A stretch of 64,000 nucleotides of DNA from Cenococcum geophilum. Taxonomy: Eukaryota. The stretch lies in contig CP158635.1 in assembly GCA_050273025.1 (NCBI GenBank), forward strand, positions 14,198,001 to 14,262,000, given 5' to 3'. The notes below the pieces were generated by a model. It searched no databases, had not been told where the DNA came from, and saw nothing but the letters and a program-made list of their open reading frames with translations. Shown here one piece after another: positions 1-13,500 of the stretch. Each line of letters opens with the position of its first letter. The stretch's first letter is position 1. The position numbers and the translations under genes were made by a program.

Positions 1-1354
1 CCGTAATATAGTTATAATAGAATATTGCTACCCGTCCCTTTAATATAATAGAGAAAACATAGTGGTACTAGTGGCATTAAATTTTAACCTTATTATAATA
101 GTTATAGAAGACCTATAGTTTTGCTCTAAGTATATCATATAGTTCTCCTCTAAACTTCTTCTCTTCGTCTAAATATACCTTTATTAAATTCGTGACTTCT
201 TATAATAGAGGCTTACCGGTTAGCTAAAGTAGAGGAGCTAGAGGTGGCGGAGGTAGAGGATAAGTACCTTTAGGTAGGAGAGTATCTTTAGGTAGAAGAG
301 TAGCGTTCTAGGGGTTTTATTCCGAATTAAAGTTACCTTTTAAAAAATATAGGTTGGTTCTAGGTTTCTATAGTTAACGTATAATCTTAGCTTCCGTCTA
401 TACTAGTTCTTCTATACTAGTAATAACGGCCTAAATATTACTAGTAATTAGGTTACCGTTCTTAGTAACGTATACACCGTTTCTATAGAGGAAGTCTTAA
501 AAATCCTAAACAATATTAATATTGCTAAGTACCTAGGTGTTAGCGGTCTATCCTACGAAATCTTCCCTAAAATATTCCTATAGCTATATATCGGCGTAGT
601 ATCTACTTTAGTAGAATATAATATGGTGTAGGAGAAAGCTATTAACTTATTTTACGGTATAAGTTATTATATTAAAGGTAAATTCGTTCTAATTTTTATT
701 AATAAGTTTCGCGTATAAAGCTACCCCTAGTAGTAAGGAGTTTTCCCAGTCGTTTAAAGTAGGCGTAGCTATGTTTTTAGAGGGAGGGGAGTGTTATTAG
801 CGTAGGGATTGTCGTTTAGTACGCGTTCGTGATATATATTTGTCGTTTAGTACGCGTTTATAACGTATATTTGCGATTATAGGGCTTAGGACTAGTTCTA
901 GCCTTAAATTACAAAGACTTATAAAGCGTATTGTTCTGCGTAATAAACGTAAGAATCTATAATTTTAAAAAGGCTTAGGACTAGTTCTAGCCTTTAGATC
1001 CTTAGATTTATAGAAGAGTTCTATTTAAGGTTTAGGACCAGTTCTAACCTTAAAAGACAGCTTCCTTTAGTACAAGTAGCACTAGTATAGTGGCTTGTCT
1101 CTTCTTGGTGAAATACCTAGCTATTCTATAGTATAATAGTAAAGTTAACCACTAATTAGTGTTGGACTTATAAGGGGATATTACGTAGCTACGGTTTGTA
1201 GATAGTATAATAACTATTATTCTTGTTATTTAATTCTTAAAGAAAGGGGTAAGGAACTTAAGGTTCCTTACCACGCTAGTGCCGCGGCGGCACGTGACGG
1301 CAACTTGCCGCTCGTAATGGCAACTTGTTATACGTGGTGGCAATATGCCTTATA
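1..1354 (-). mobile_element. 5' part of a RIP-degraded LTR retrotransposon (probably Copia-like): LTR ~1169-1354, 5' UTR and gag start; continues off the window; nested in Gypsy E
   Basis: 1169-1354 is bounded by tataagg...ccttata (RIPped TGTAAGG...CCTTACA). The minus strand from ~775 de-RIPs to a gag-like 'LWEHFREDFAGWT...FRDFLHRNGVYV', a pattern I associate with fungal Copia gag. Gypsy E protease-region sequence resumes after 1354. The second LTR and TSD are not visible. Confidence 0.55.
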
Positions 1355-2438
1355 TAGTGACCACTTGCCTTTATTCCTAACAGTTTTACCCTAACCCCCC
1401 TTAACCGGCATATTAACGTATTTAAATTTAATGGCAAATGCACTATCTTAGGCTATATTACCTATGTAGTATTCCTAAAACTCTAATATCTAAACTATAA
1501 AGAATTAATAATAATTCATTGCTTAACGTCCGATTTAGATCCCTATTAGGCCTACGTAGACTACTCCTTATTTATATATAGGGAGAAAACTCAACTTAAA
1601 AAAGACTTAACTTAAGAAAACCCCGTAATCCATCTCCCTGCCTCTTAGGACTCGCCTATAAGGCGCCTATAAGGCGCCTATAAGTCACCTATAGTGCTCC
1701 TACTACCTTACTTTTTAACCTCCTTAGGAACCACTACTGCCGTAACTAGCCTACGGACGCGCTAGTATTGTATACTTTACTCTACTACTATAAAGTCATT
1801 AAGGGGCGCCCGTTACTCACCCCCCTACCCTCTATTATTATTTCCTTTATAATCTAGAACTAGTTTAGTATATTTTAGCTAATAAGCCACTAGGTAACCG
1901 CCTTAAGGCCTTTTTATATTAAGAGTAGTGTTTTATAGTTCTCTATACCAGCTACTAAAAGTATTACTTTTTAGTTAGTACGTAAGGGGCATAACAGTAT
2001 TACATGTTTTGGTGTCTATCTTAGCCAGCTATATTTGCATCTTAGGCTACCTACTAGGACACCCACCTAGTAGAGCCAGGTTTTTAGTCCTATTATTCCT
2101 ATTCTTAAAAGCGTTACTATTATATTTTCTGCCTTTATTAGGCCTTCTTAGAGCCCTAGGGTGTTTACTCCCTATAGCGTTAACCATGCTATAGCTTAGG
2201 TTCCTCTTACCTTAGTTAGCCTCTATACCTTTAATTCCTATACGCCTCTCTAGCGTTAGTCTAGCCAGTATTATATTGCGGTAAATAGTTTCCTAGCATT
2301 CTTTTATGCTCTACTTTAGCTCCTTTCTCTCTCTTACTATTGTCCTTACTAGCCTCTTATACGTCTTTCTTTTTTCTCTATATAGGCCTAGGCCCTAAAG
2401 CAGCACCATTTTTCTTCTACTTTCTTTACCTGTTTCTC

Positions 2439-5400
2439 TATCACGGGACAGGGCAGTGGCTACAAGACGTATATATTTAAGGAGTCTACAAGACATTGCG
2501 CGATCAATCATAAGGGTCGAGGGCGTAAAGAGGTGATATACCTACGCGTAGCTGACATAAGCTATACGCGAGGTGTACGCGAGAGCACGGGGCTCTCCTA
2601 TAGAGGCCCCTGCGGTAGGGTTCCGTAACACTACCCCCCCTCCTATAAAGGCGGAGCTCCGGCGACGCTGTGGTTACTATATATATATAGAAGGGACACT
2701 TAGGGTATAGAAAAGAAGAAAAGGGGGTATCGCTAAAGGCTTAAAACAACGTTATATAATAAGGCTTGGCATCTAAGAATCCAACCAATTAGATAACTTT
2801 AACCGCTAGTCAAAGTTCCTAAACATCTTAACGATATTCCGGTCACGTAATTATACTTTACCGCAATCTAACGGCAATCTAACGGCAATTTGCCCCTACG
2901 TGGTAATGTACAACGGTTTAACTCTATAAGGGCTCCTATAGAGGATTAGGTATAAAATCTCTGCTTAGGCCCAGTTTCTGTGGGTTTACGTAGTAAAAGT
3001 CGCTAATTAGATCCTTTACATTTTTAAAGTTTTCCTATAGTTGCCATTCTGGCTAATTTATGTCGAATCCTGTGTATATAGCTCTGTAGTAGAGCCGTTA
3101 TCCTCTACCTTTGCTAAAGTATTTAGAGTCAATAATTTATTTAACGGTCCACTCCTTATAGTTCTTATCTTTGTTCTTATCTTAGATTAGTACTAATAGG
3201 GGTTTAGGCTGTGTCTGCCCCGGTAAGGGGTTAGGCTAGTAAAGGTATAGTAGCTATAGGTAAAATATAGGCCATATCCCGCGGGTAGCTAGGGCAGGCG
3301 GGAGCTCTAGCTCGTATACGGCTCCCCTATTAATGACTTGTTTAATTAGGTAGGGGCCGAGGTTCTTATAATTAAGTGACTTTATAGGCCTCTGCGTAGA
3401 GATATTATATACATTTAGCCATACCTAGTCGCCAACACGCATCTCCGGTGGTGGCGTTTTATAATAGTCGGCGAAGTAGGCCTGCTTTACTTAAGCCTAG
3501 GCCATTTCTCCCTTACAGTAATTAAGTAGATTTTTTATGCGGTCTATATACTGGTTGGCAAATAGCATCTTAAGGCGTTTTCCATATAGCAGTTTCTTAT
3601 TAATAGGTTCTGGTGGTTCTATACTAGATTAAGGGTAATATCCCTTATTTGCGAAGAACGGGGTAAGTCCTATAGTAGTTAAGACGTAGTTATTCGCTGC
3701 GAATTTACCTAGTAGGAGGTAATCTACCTAGTTATCTTAACTATAGGCGACTACCTATCGTAGGTACGCTTTTATACTAGCATTAGCGTTTTCCAGTTAC
3801 CTAGTAGTTTTGTAGTAAAAGGATATAGACATCTTAATAGAGATGCCAAGGCGTTGGCAGATTTGTCTCTATATATTAGAGCCGAACTATATACCTCAGT
3901 CGGACGTAATTAAGTTAGGTAACCCATATAATCGGTAGATTTTGCGAAAAAAGGCATTAGTAACGTTGCTAACGGCTACGCCTTTGGTTAGGACGTAGTG
4001 GCGCTCTTTTATAAGTTGGTATATTATTATAAGGATGTTCTTATAGGTACGGCTATATCGCTTATAGGGTGGTAGGTTAATAACGAAATCTATAGCGATA
4101 TCTGCCTATCGTTGTATAGGTACTAGTAGAGGGTATAGTAGTCCTTAGTACTTTATATTAAAGGCCTTAGCGCGCTTATAACCGTAGCAGGCGCCTATAA
4201 AGCGTTTAACTAAGTCTATTATTTTAGGCCAAAAGTAGTATCGGCTAAGAAGCTTATAGGTTCCTCCTCTACCTAGGTGGCCGCTTAATTAGAGGTTATA
4301 GGCCATTTAGATTAGTTACCATTGTAGATTTTCTAAGTTAGGGATAAATAGACGGCCTCTATAATAGAGCCTATTCTCTTTTACTTCTAAGGCTGCCATA
4401 TTAATCTAGCCTAAGCTTTAGAGTTTAGTCAGCAGCGTACGGGCGCTAGTGGTCTTTGCGGTAATAAGTTAATATAGTAATAGGTTAACAGAGGTGTTAT
4501 ATGCCGTAGTAATAAGCTCGTTAATTTCGGGAGGTAATTTTAGTTCTGTGGTGTGGAGCTAAGGTATAGTTAACTCTATCGTAGGTAGCATACCTAGGGC
4601 CAAATTCCGTGCTTTTAGGATTGTCTATTGTTGGAACTAGTTACAGGGGTTATCTTTAGACTAAGGAAGGTCTTATAAGCGGTGTGTTAGGCTATTAGGC
4701 TTAGTACCTTATACTCCTAACCTATATACAATTTTAAAGTTAAAACTAGAAAGGAACTCGTTCCAGCGTGCTTGGCGTTAGTTTAGCTATTTTATAGTTA
4801 TAAAGTACTTAAGGTTGCGATAATCCGTAAGGACTTTAGTTGGCTAGTTAGGTTCTGCTAAGGAGAGTTCCGGTTAGAATTTCTTAAACGCTTATATAAT
4901 TACGAGAAGTTCCTTATTATAGATCTTATAGTTATATTCTTGTAGTATAAGCTTAGACGAATAGAATATAACTAAGTAGAGAAGACCGTTGTCACCTATC
5001 TGGGAGAGGACGCCTACATTAACGTGGTCTAAGGAGTTAGTCTTAAAATAGAGTTGTCGTCCTAGTATAAAGTAAGCTAGGATAGGTGCTTTAGTAAAAG
5101 TATCTTTAAGGTCTTAGAACGCCTTCTTATATTTAGGCGTCCAGATAAAACATAGATATATTTTTCTTTCTTTTACGGAAAAGCCCTTCGTTTATATTAT
5201 TGCTATAAGTGGTGCTATAACACCTAAGAAGTTATATATAAATTTTTAATAGAAGTTGGCAAAACTAAGGAAAGCTTATACGTCTTTAATGCAGTTAGGG
5301 GTTTACCATTCGGTAATTATACGTACCTTCTTAGGGTCTATACGGACACCCTTAGTAGTAACGATTAGTCTAAGGTATTTTACTTCTATAACTAAGAATT

Positions 5401-8400
5401 CGCACTTCTTTAAATTAATATAAAGTCCTACGTCCCTAAGGCGCTATAGGACCTTTTAAACATGCTCGGTATACTTAGAAGGGTTATTGCTATAAATAAG
5501 TATATTATCTAGGTACGCAGAGCAGAAGTTATTAAGGTAGTCCCATAAGGCGTTATTAATATAGCTTTAGAAGCTGCCTGGGCCGTTATATACGCCAAAG
5601 GGCATAATAGTATATTTGAATTGGCCGAAGCGCGATATAAATGCGGTTTTCTATTTGTTACCTTCTCGTATTTAAAGGCGGTTAAAGGCAGCGATAATAT
5701 CAAGCTTAGTATAGATTTTGGCTTAGCTAAGCCGCTTAAGAGTCTTATATATAAGCGGTATGGGGTATCGGTTCTTAATTATAATAGCGTTAAGTCCTCT
5801 ATAGTTAACGCAGAATTAAATACCTTCTTCTAGCTTCTTAGTAAGGAGGATAGGGGCGGCTGCTAGGGATATGCTAGGGCAAATAAACCCTTTATTAAGG
5901 TGTTCGTCGATATACTTTTTAATAACTAGAAGTTTGTCTTTTAACATTAAGTAGGGTCTCTTATAGGGTAGCGTTTTTCCTTATTTAATATTAATGGCAT
6001 AGTTATTAGGTTAATATAGGGGGAGTATATCTACGCTCTTTTATAAGCACACGTTAATAAAGTTATAGTACCTCTTAGGGAGGAGCTTACGGAGTTCCTT
6101 ATTAGTAAGTCCTTTTTTAAGCTTTATAAACTTCTTAAAGTCTAAAGGTAAAAGTCCGTAGAGTTCTGCGGGGGCATCGTTTTCTAAAAGGTTAACTATA
6201 TCTATCCTATTACTGTAGAGGATATAGTCCTATTCTTTATTAAGCTTATATAGTCGTGATCGGGAGGCTATAGTAACGGTCCAGCCTTTCCTACGTGCTA
6301 TATAGTAGAAGGCCGCGGCACTTATATAGTGGTAGTTGGTTGTAGGTAAAGTAATAAGGGGTTCCTTAGGTTAGTATCCTAGGGAGTAGATAGAGGCGGC
6401 TAGGCTATATCCTAGGCAGGTCTCTCTATAGTATTTAAAGTTAAAGGTTACTTCTCTCTTTTTCTAGTTAATAATAGGGTTATATTATTTAAGCTAGTTT
6501 ATTTTAAGGATAATAGGGTAGTTAGCAAGTAGTATAATATAGGCCCAGAGTTCTTCCTAGTGCCCATTTATATCTAGGTAGAGTTGTGCCATATAGGTAA
6601 TCTTCTATGCGGTATAACTACCGTTAGCGAGTTATAGGGCGCGGGCTTTAGTAAGGGGTAAGGTAGGTAGGTTATAAGTACACACGAATTAAGTATCTAT
6701 AAATTTATTAGTAGCTCCGCAATTAATTATAGAACGGCTTTTATATTGTTTTTTGGCAGTAGTTCCTATTATAGGTAAAACTATCTATTTCCGTCTATTT
6801 ATCTTTACTAAATTATCTATTAAGTAGGCCGATATATAGATCCCCTTATTATTAAGGCGTCCTAACCTACAACTTAGGGCTAGGACTTGGCGTTTTCTAT
6901 TTCCGTATCCAACTCTACCGCTATTACTGCGTTTTCGTCTTATACGGTAGTGGCATATAGCAACGTATTTGGTGTTTAAGGTACTAGGTTAGGTATTAGG
7001 CGGCAGCTGCTAAACCTAGCTATTAGGCAGTTTGGGCTATAGCTATAATAGCCTTCTTAATAACATCTATAGCAACGCTTTAGCTTCTAGAGTAGCTTGT
7101 GTTCTCCATCTAGTAGCTTCTATAGGAAGGTTAGTATAGAAAGGTCGATATTAGGACTAGTAGTATTACTTAGGGTAGTAGGCGTTGGTGGTTTAGTAGG
7201 TCCGGAGGGCTTCTATAGGGAGGTCTTCGGGTAGGGGTTTATAGTAGCGATTTAATTTAGTCGTCGTTTAATCTTCCATATAGCTGCTACCATATTATAA
7301 ACATTATTATAGTTATAGCTAGCGGCTGCGTGACTAAGGCGATAAGTGACTTTTTTAAGGAGATCTTTTTGGTCTTTAGTATCGTCTCGGGCGAGGGCTC
7401 CAGTATATTCCTAGAATTTAACATAGAACTCGTTAAATAATTTAGTAGGGCTTATCTTTAGGGCATATAGTTTAGCTCGGTTGGTGGCTAGTAGGTTGTG
7501 GTCGCGGTATATTAGGTTAAGATTATTAAGGACTTTTTAGTGGGACTACCACTTTTAGGGGCTATTGGTCTCCTATTAGGCGAAGAGTCTATTAAACGGT
7601 GTACCCTTTATTCGCCCGATAATATAGCCAATCTTAGTATCTTCCGTAGGAAAAAGGCAGGCGCTCTAAGTTAGTTTCTTACGGATTTATATCTTCTAGT
7701 AGCTATATTCTTTACGGTTTCCCTAAAAAACTAGGGGATTAGGGTAACGTGCATTAGACCCTACAGTAGCAGCTTAGGTTCAGTTATTATAGCTTTCGTT
7801 ATTACTTTAGTAGGGGTTCCCGTTAGGTAAGGCTGCTTAGCGCTAACCCTCCGTTAAGCGTTAAGTAGGTGAAATTGCCGGGGGCGTAGAGACTTAAGTG
7901 GCGTTATATACAGTAGAGAGGTGTCTAGCGTTATTACAAATATGCTTATTAAGCTAAGATTATAAGTATTTAATTATGCCTTCTCTTTTAGTAACTGTAG
8001 CAATAAGTATAATCTCAGCCTTCTTTAACTGTTAGATGTCGCGTTTAAACACGCGGAGGTTATCTTCAGTTTCTTAACGCGTGTTATTGGCGAGCGCCTC
8101 ACAAGCTTATAGGTCTTAGATAATATCGCGATCTTAGGCAGTATACATCTCGGCTTATATAAGCTTTAGGTAATAGTTCTATAGAAGGCGGTAGTATTTA
8201 TTAGGTTCTCGTGCTACCATTTTTATAAACGTCTTGGCGTCTTATATTTCAATTTTAATAGGTAGTAGCCCTTCCGCTTACTTGTCTATAGTTATATAAT
8301 TAATAAAAGATAAGATATTATCAGTGTCTATCTCCTTAGGGGTTAAGGCTAAGGCTAATAAATCAAATTCTCCTGGGATTAATTGGCGTCGTAGGTTAAG

Positions 8401-8782
8401 TATAGGTATTAGATTATTCTTTGGGTTTAATATAGTGGCTAGTAAGGAATATTATCTTACTATTATGGGTTCCTTAGAAGTATAAAGTAAGGTAACTCGT
8501 AGGCACGCTGCTTCTGGCAGCGCCTATAGTATTATAAAGACGTAGAATTGGTCGTAGGCTGGGTGTTGGTAGTAAAAAGGCGTAACGTAATGTCACGGGA
8601 CGGGGTAGTGGCTACAAGACGTATGTATTCGAGGAGTCTACAAGACGTTGCGCGATCGATCGTAAGGGTCAAGGGCGTAAGGAGGTGATATACCTACGCG
8701 TAGCTGATATAAGCTATACGCGAGGTGTACGCGAGAGCACGGGGCTCTCCTATAGAGGCCCCTGCGGTAGGGTTCTGTGACA
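2439..8782 (-). mobile_element. Gypsy G copy 1, structurally complete and RIP-degraded (gag-PR-RT-RH-IN-chromodomain), 192-bp LTRs
   Basis: LTRs 2439-2630 and 8591-8782 (TGTCAC...GTGACA); 5-bp TSD ttctc at 2434-2438 and 8783-8787; PPT complement ctaccccccc at 2631-2640. Minus-strand RT 'ALWDYLNNFCSAYLDNILIYS' ~5490-5555; chromodomain remnant ~3030-3160. Confidence 0.93.
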
Positions 8783-10571
8783 TTCTCTAATATATCTTCC
8801 CTACTTTAGGGTTATTAGTTTATCCTCCTATAAGGCGCCCTAGGGTCCCTCTATAGTTTATTTAGGCGTGTCTTAATATACTTTATAACATTAGAATTAC
8901 GTTCCTTTTACGCCCTTTATATTACAGCGGCTTTAATATATAGTTATAGGGGGGAAATATTAGCTTCCTTCTTAAGCAGAGCTATGGCTGTTCGCTTATA
9001 TCCGCCTATTATACTCTAAAGGCAGACTATTTAGACCTTTTAGAGTAGTTTAAGGAGCAATTTAGGGAGGCCTTTCTTAGATTCTCTAATAGCCTAGATA
9101 CTAGACCTATACGTTATAGTTAGCCGGATAACTGCTATATATAGTAGGCGTAACCTTTAGAAGTATAGACCCTATATAGAATTAACGATTCTAGATAATG
9201 CGATGTACTATACTTAGCCCTTATAGGCCGCTTATACTATATATACGCTCTATTAGAGCTTACTATCTACCTATACTCCTAATACTCTTAGGCCCTAAAC
9301 TAGTTAACCCCTAAAGCCTTAGATGCAAATTATATACTAGAGATCTATAGATTAGTTACGTTTTCTTATAAAATAGATTAGCTAGTATTTCTCTAGTAAA
9401 AATTGGACTTTATATTGTCTTGCCCATTTTATATAGGTATTATATACTTTCTCTAGTATTCTGCAATTCTTTACGGCTATTAGCCCGTATATAATTAGGT
9501 TTGTATTATTAACGAAGCCTATTCCCTAGGTCACCCCTTTCTTAAAGGAGTTAAGTAGGTTACTTATAAAAAAAAGGAAGAGTATAGGCGAGAGGGGTAA
9601 TCCTTATAGTATTCCTGTTGCAACTATAATAGGGGGGCTTTAGTATCCGCTAAAGACTAGTAATATTTCTTTTTAACCTATAAACCCTTAAATAAATTAT
9701 ATAATCCATTTTAGGAAGCCTTTTACCCTAAAGATATATAGGAGACGCTTGTGGGGTATATTATCGTAGGCGCTACTAATATTTAGGCTGAGCATTAATA
9801 CTACAAAGTCCCTTTACATCGCCTATATAGATTTAATGGTAGCAGCGAGTAGCGTAAGTACTAATAGTGTTAAGCGGTTCTTTCTTACCCCTATTTAGCT
9901 TTATAGTAGTAGGGCGTATTTCTTAGCTATATCTACTATACGGTCCGCTATTACCCTTTTTAAGATCTTATTAAGGGTATTCTCTAAGGCAATAGGGCGG
10001 TAGCTTCCTAGGAGTAAGTAATTTACTTTACCTTCTTTATGTAGGATAAACATTATTATAGCTCTTCTAAGTCTTAGGTAGTAGCCTATTATAAAGTATA
10101 CTTTAGCTATATCCGTAAGCTAAGGTGCTATTAGTGGTCTATAGGTCTTTAGGGCTTTATTTAGGATCCTATCTAGTTCTAGTACTATATTATTTAAAAG
10201 GCGGCTAATAGTTCTAGCTATTTCTTTAGTTATTATATCACTATTAACCCTTAGGCGAGTTACCGGTGCTTTACCCGTAATATTGCTAAGGTCTACTAAA
10301 GCTAGTTAAGGGAAAAATCTTTCTATAAGGATCTTTGCCTTCTTATTATTGTCGCTTATAGCTAGTAATTTACCTAGTCTTTATAGGGGCGGAAGGTGTA
10401 GATCTTCTACTAGACGTCCCGCCTTTTTCTTTACCTATTTTACTATCCTTTAAAGACCTTTATTATAGGGGAGGCTTAGGTTAATAGTATACTTATTTAT
10501 AAACTATCTCTAGCTATTCCTTACTTCTTTTTTTAGGGTATTCTTTAGCTGGTTTCTTATATCTTTATATT

Positions 10572-13500
10572 AAATTCTATCTTAAAAGGAGCTCTTGCTA
10601 CACCCGGCCCAAAAAGACTAAAACTAACTAAAAGAACCCTGAAAAACACCTAGAGAATTCCCCTAAGATGCATGCATTGCAGGGAAGGCACACGTCAAAC
10701 GACGGTGGCTCGCATTCGCGCGCGACCGCTAGAACTACGCCTAGCAATAGCCCTCTATAATAAAGACGGGCGAATACTATACTATAAAGTGGAAATATCT
10801 CTATTAAGAAGGCATTTAATAAAATATAAAGCCTATTAAACGCGTCTAGTATCTAGAATTATAGGGGAGTAACTATTAGCTATAACGAACTAATATAGCT
10901 AGCAGAATAGCTCCGCTAGTTTAGTAAACCTTAGGCACCCCTCTAGTAAACCCTTAATTAAATCCTCTAACGGCTAAGTAAAATTAAAAATAAGTATAAC
11001 TCCCCCCTACCGGTAAACCGCACCTAGGCCGCTATAGCTGCGCTTTTATAGTATAGGGAACCTACCCCCCTTAAGTTAATAACCGGGTATTTAATTATAA
11101 TATAACCAAATATAGAATAAGTAGAGGGGCTTAGGGGATAATTAGAAATAGAAGTCCTTATAAAGATACGCAAAGAGGTCTATAACGCTATTATAGTCCA
11201 ATACCTTAAGAGCGGAGATATTAGAGTTACCCTAAAGGACTAATAGGCAAAGGAACGAGCTATAAGGGTAGGGGATAGGCTAGGAGAACGTATTAGTATA
11301 AAAGTACTCTATAAGGATTACCTAGTTAAAGTCCTAGCGGTTTTTATAAGCCTTAGGGTAGAAAAGGGACGCTAGGTAAACAATATAGCAATTATATAGG
11401 AGATAGTAAGATAAACGGAACGCCTTATACTAGGACTTAAAATTACCTAAATCTAATAGCTTTAATAGGAAAATATAAACTAAGTATATAATAAGAATAA
11501 TAAGAGGATATAAGGGTTATTAGAGACTTGCTAGGAAGACGCCGGACAAATACATAGCTCCCTTATTATTAGTATATATATACTAGGAATATAAAAACTC
11601 CTTATCTAAAAAGGAATAATTATAAATAGCCTTATATATAATATAAGGCTCTATAACTATAGACTACGCCTAGAATAATGCTATTGCTATATATAATAGG
11701 GATATACCTAATCTATATGCGTAGTATAGGTGTGCTACGGCTACTGTGCAGGCCCCTATAATACGAGATATTGCTTAAATTAAGACTAAATAAAATATAT
11801 AAACTGCTACCGAAGTATATATAAGGCGTAGGAAAAAAAAGCTTGTATTAAATATAGAAGACGGAAGGTAAGGGCTTAACAGCTACGGGAATAACTATAC
11901 GCTAGGTTATATAAATAGAAATAATAGGCGATAAGCTAGGGGGACACAGGCGCCTTCCTAGCGTTTCTTACCTTTAACACTAGAGGGCTAGGCTAGCCAT
12001 CCCAAGCCTTAATAGGCTAGAAGCGACGCCGCGTAATATTACTAGACTAATTAGGGATATAAGGGTTACAGGGGATATAAGGGAGAGGACACCCTATAGG
12101 AAGACCCCTATAGACAGCAATAGTAGGCTTAAGACTAGGATAATTAAGAATTAGACTTAATACGGTAAATATAATATTCGCAGCCGACCTATAAAGGGTA
12201 TATAGCCGACTAGTAAGAATAGGGGAAGAACTAGTAATAATAATAGATTTAAATATAGAAGCGCTAATAGGAACATAAGATATAGGAATAGAAAGCTCTA
12301 TATAAAATAAGTAGTAACTAGGGTATAGATATAAGAGATAGAAGCTCTAAATATTCTAAAGAAAGTGGAAATAAAAAAAGCGAGAAATAAAGGAAAGTTA
12401 AAGGACCCTTGCCGGGGGTCCGCTACCTATCTATTATATAGTATAACTATAGCAATATAAACTACCGCCTTGTAAGGCCCCTACTAGATAGTCTAGACCT
12501 AGAGAAATATTATATCCTTACTATATAAGAACCGTATTATAATACCTTTATATAATTAATATACTACCCTTAAGGATTTTAGCTCCTATATAAACTAAAA
12601 GCAGCTATACGCGTATACTTTATAATTAGTAAGGCTATTAGCCTATCCTTATAGTTATAGTAGGCAGTTAACCTAAATATTATAGTTATAATAATCTAAA
12701 TATATAGGGGACTGGTATAAATTATTAATATATATAACCCTAGGGTTAAAGGGGTCCTATAAATAGAGAATATTATATTAGTAATAAGCTTACTAGAAAC
12801 TAAAGGTATAGAGTTTATCCTATTAGGAGATATAAACCTCTACTACTTACGGTAGGGGGGTATCTATATTGCTATAGATTAATAGTTAGAGTGCCTACTA
12901 AGAGCTATAGATATCTAGGGCCTTAAGTTAGCTACCCCCCTAGGAGCAATTATATAGCAATAAGGCACCGCTAGAAGTATAATTAACCTTATATTTATAA
13001 ATAAAGGCCTATACTAGAGACTTAAAAGGTACAAACCTAAAGAAGAATAAGTACTTACCCTAGACTATATCCCTATTTAGATATAGCTAGACCTAGATAC
13101 TAAAGCGTAACTAAATAAAAAAGATACGTAATAAGGAAGCTTAAGATAAACAGTTTCCTTAATATAGTTAAATAATAACTCTAAGACCTAGAAGAAATCC
13201 ACCTAATACTAAACAAGTGAGGCTTATTGGCTACCATTAAGGAAATTAACCAAAGACTAAAAAGGATCTAGGCAGCAATTAAAAATAGGCTAAAAGAGCA
13301 CTACCCAATCTTAAAACCGGGCCCCTATGCGCGACACGCATAGTCTATATAATGCGCAGTTCTGGTTACCAGCTAATAACGAGCAAAAAGGAAATATATA
13401 AGTAGCTATAACCCTAAAGATAAGAGATAATATAAAGACACAAAAAACCAGCTAAAGAATACCCTAAAAAAAGAAGTAAGGAATAACTAGAGACGGTTTA

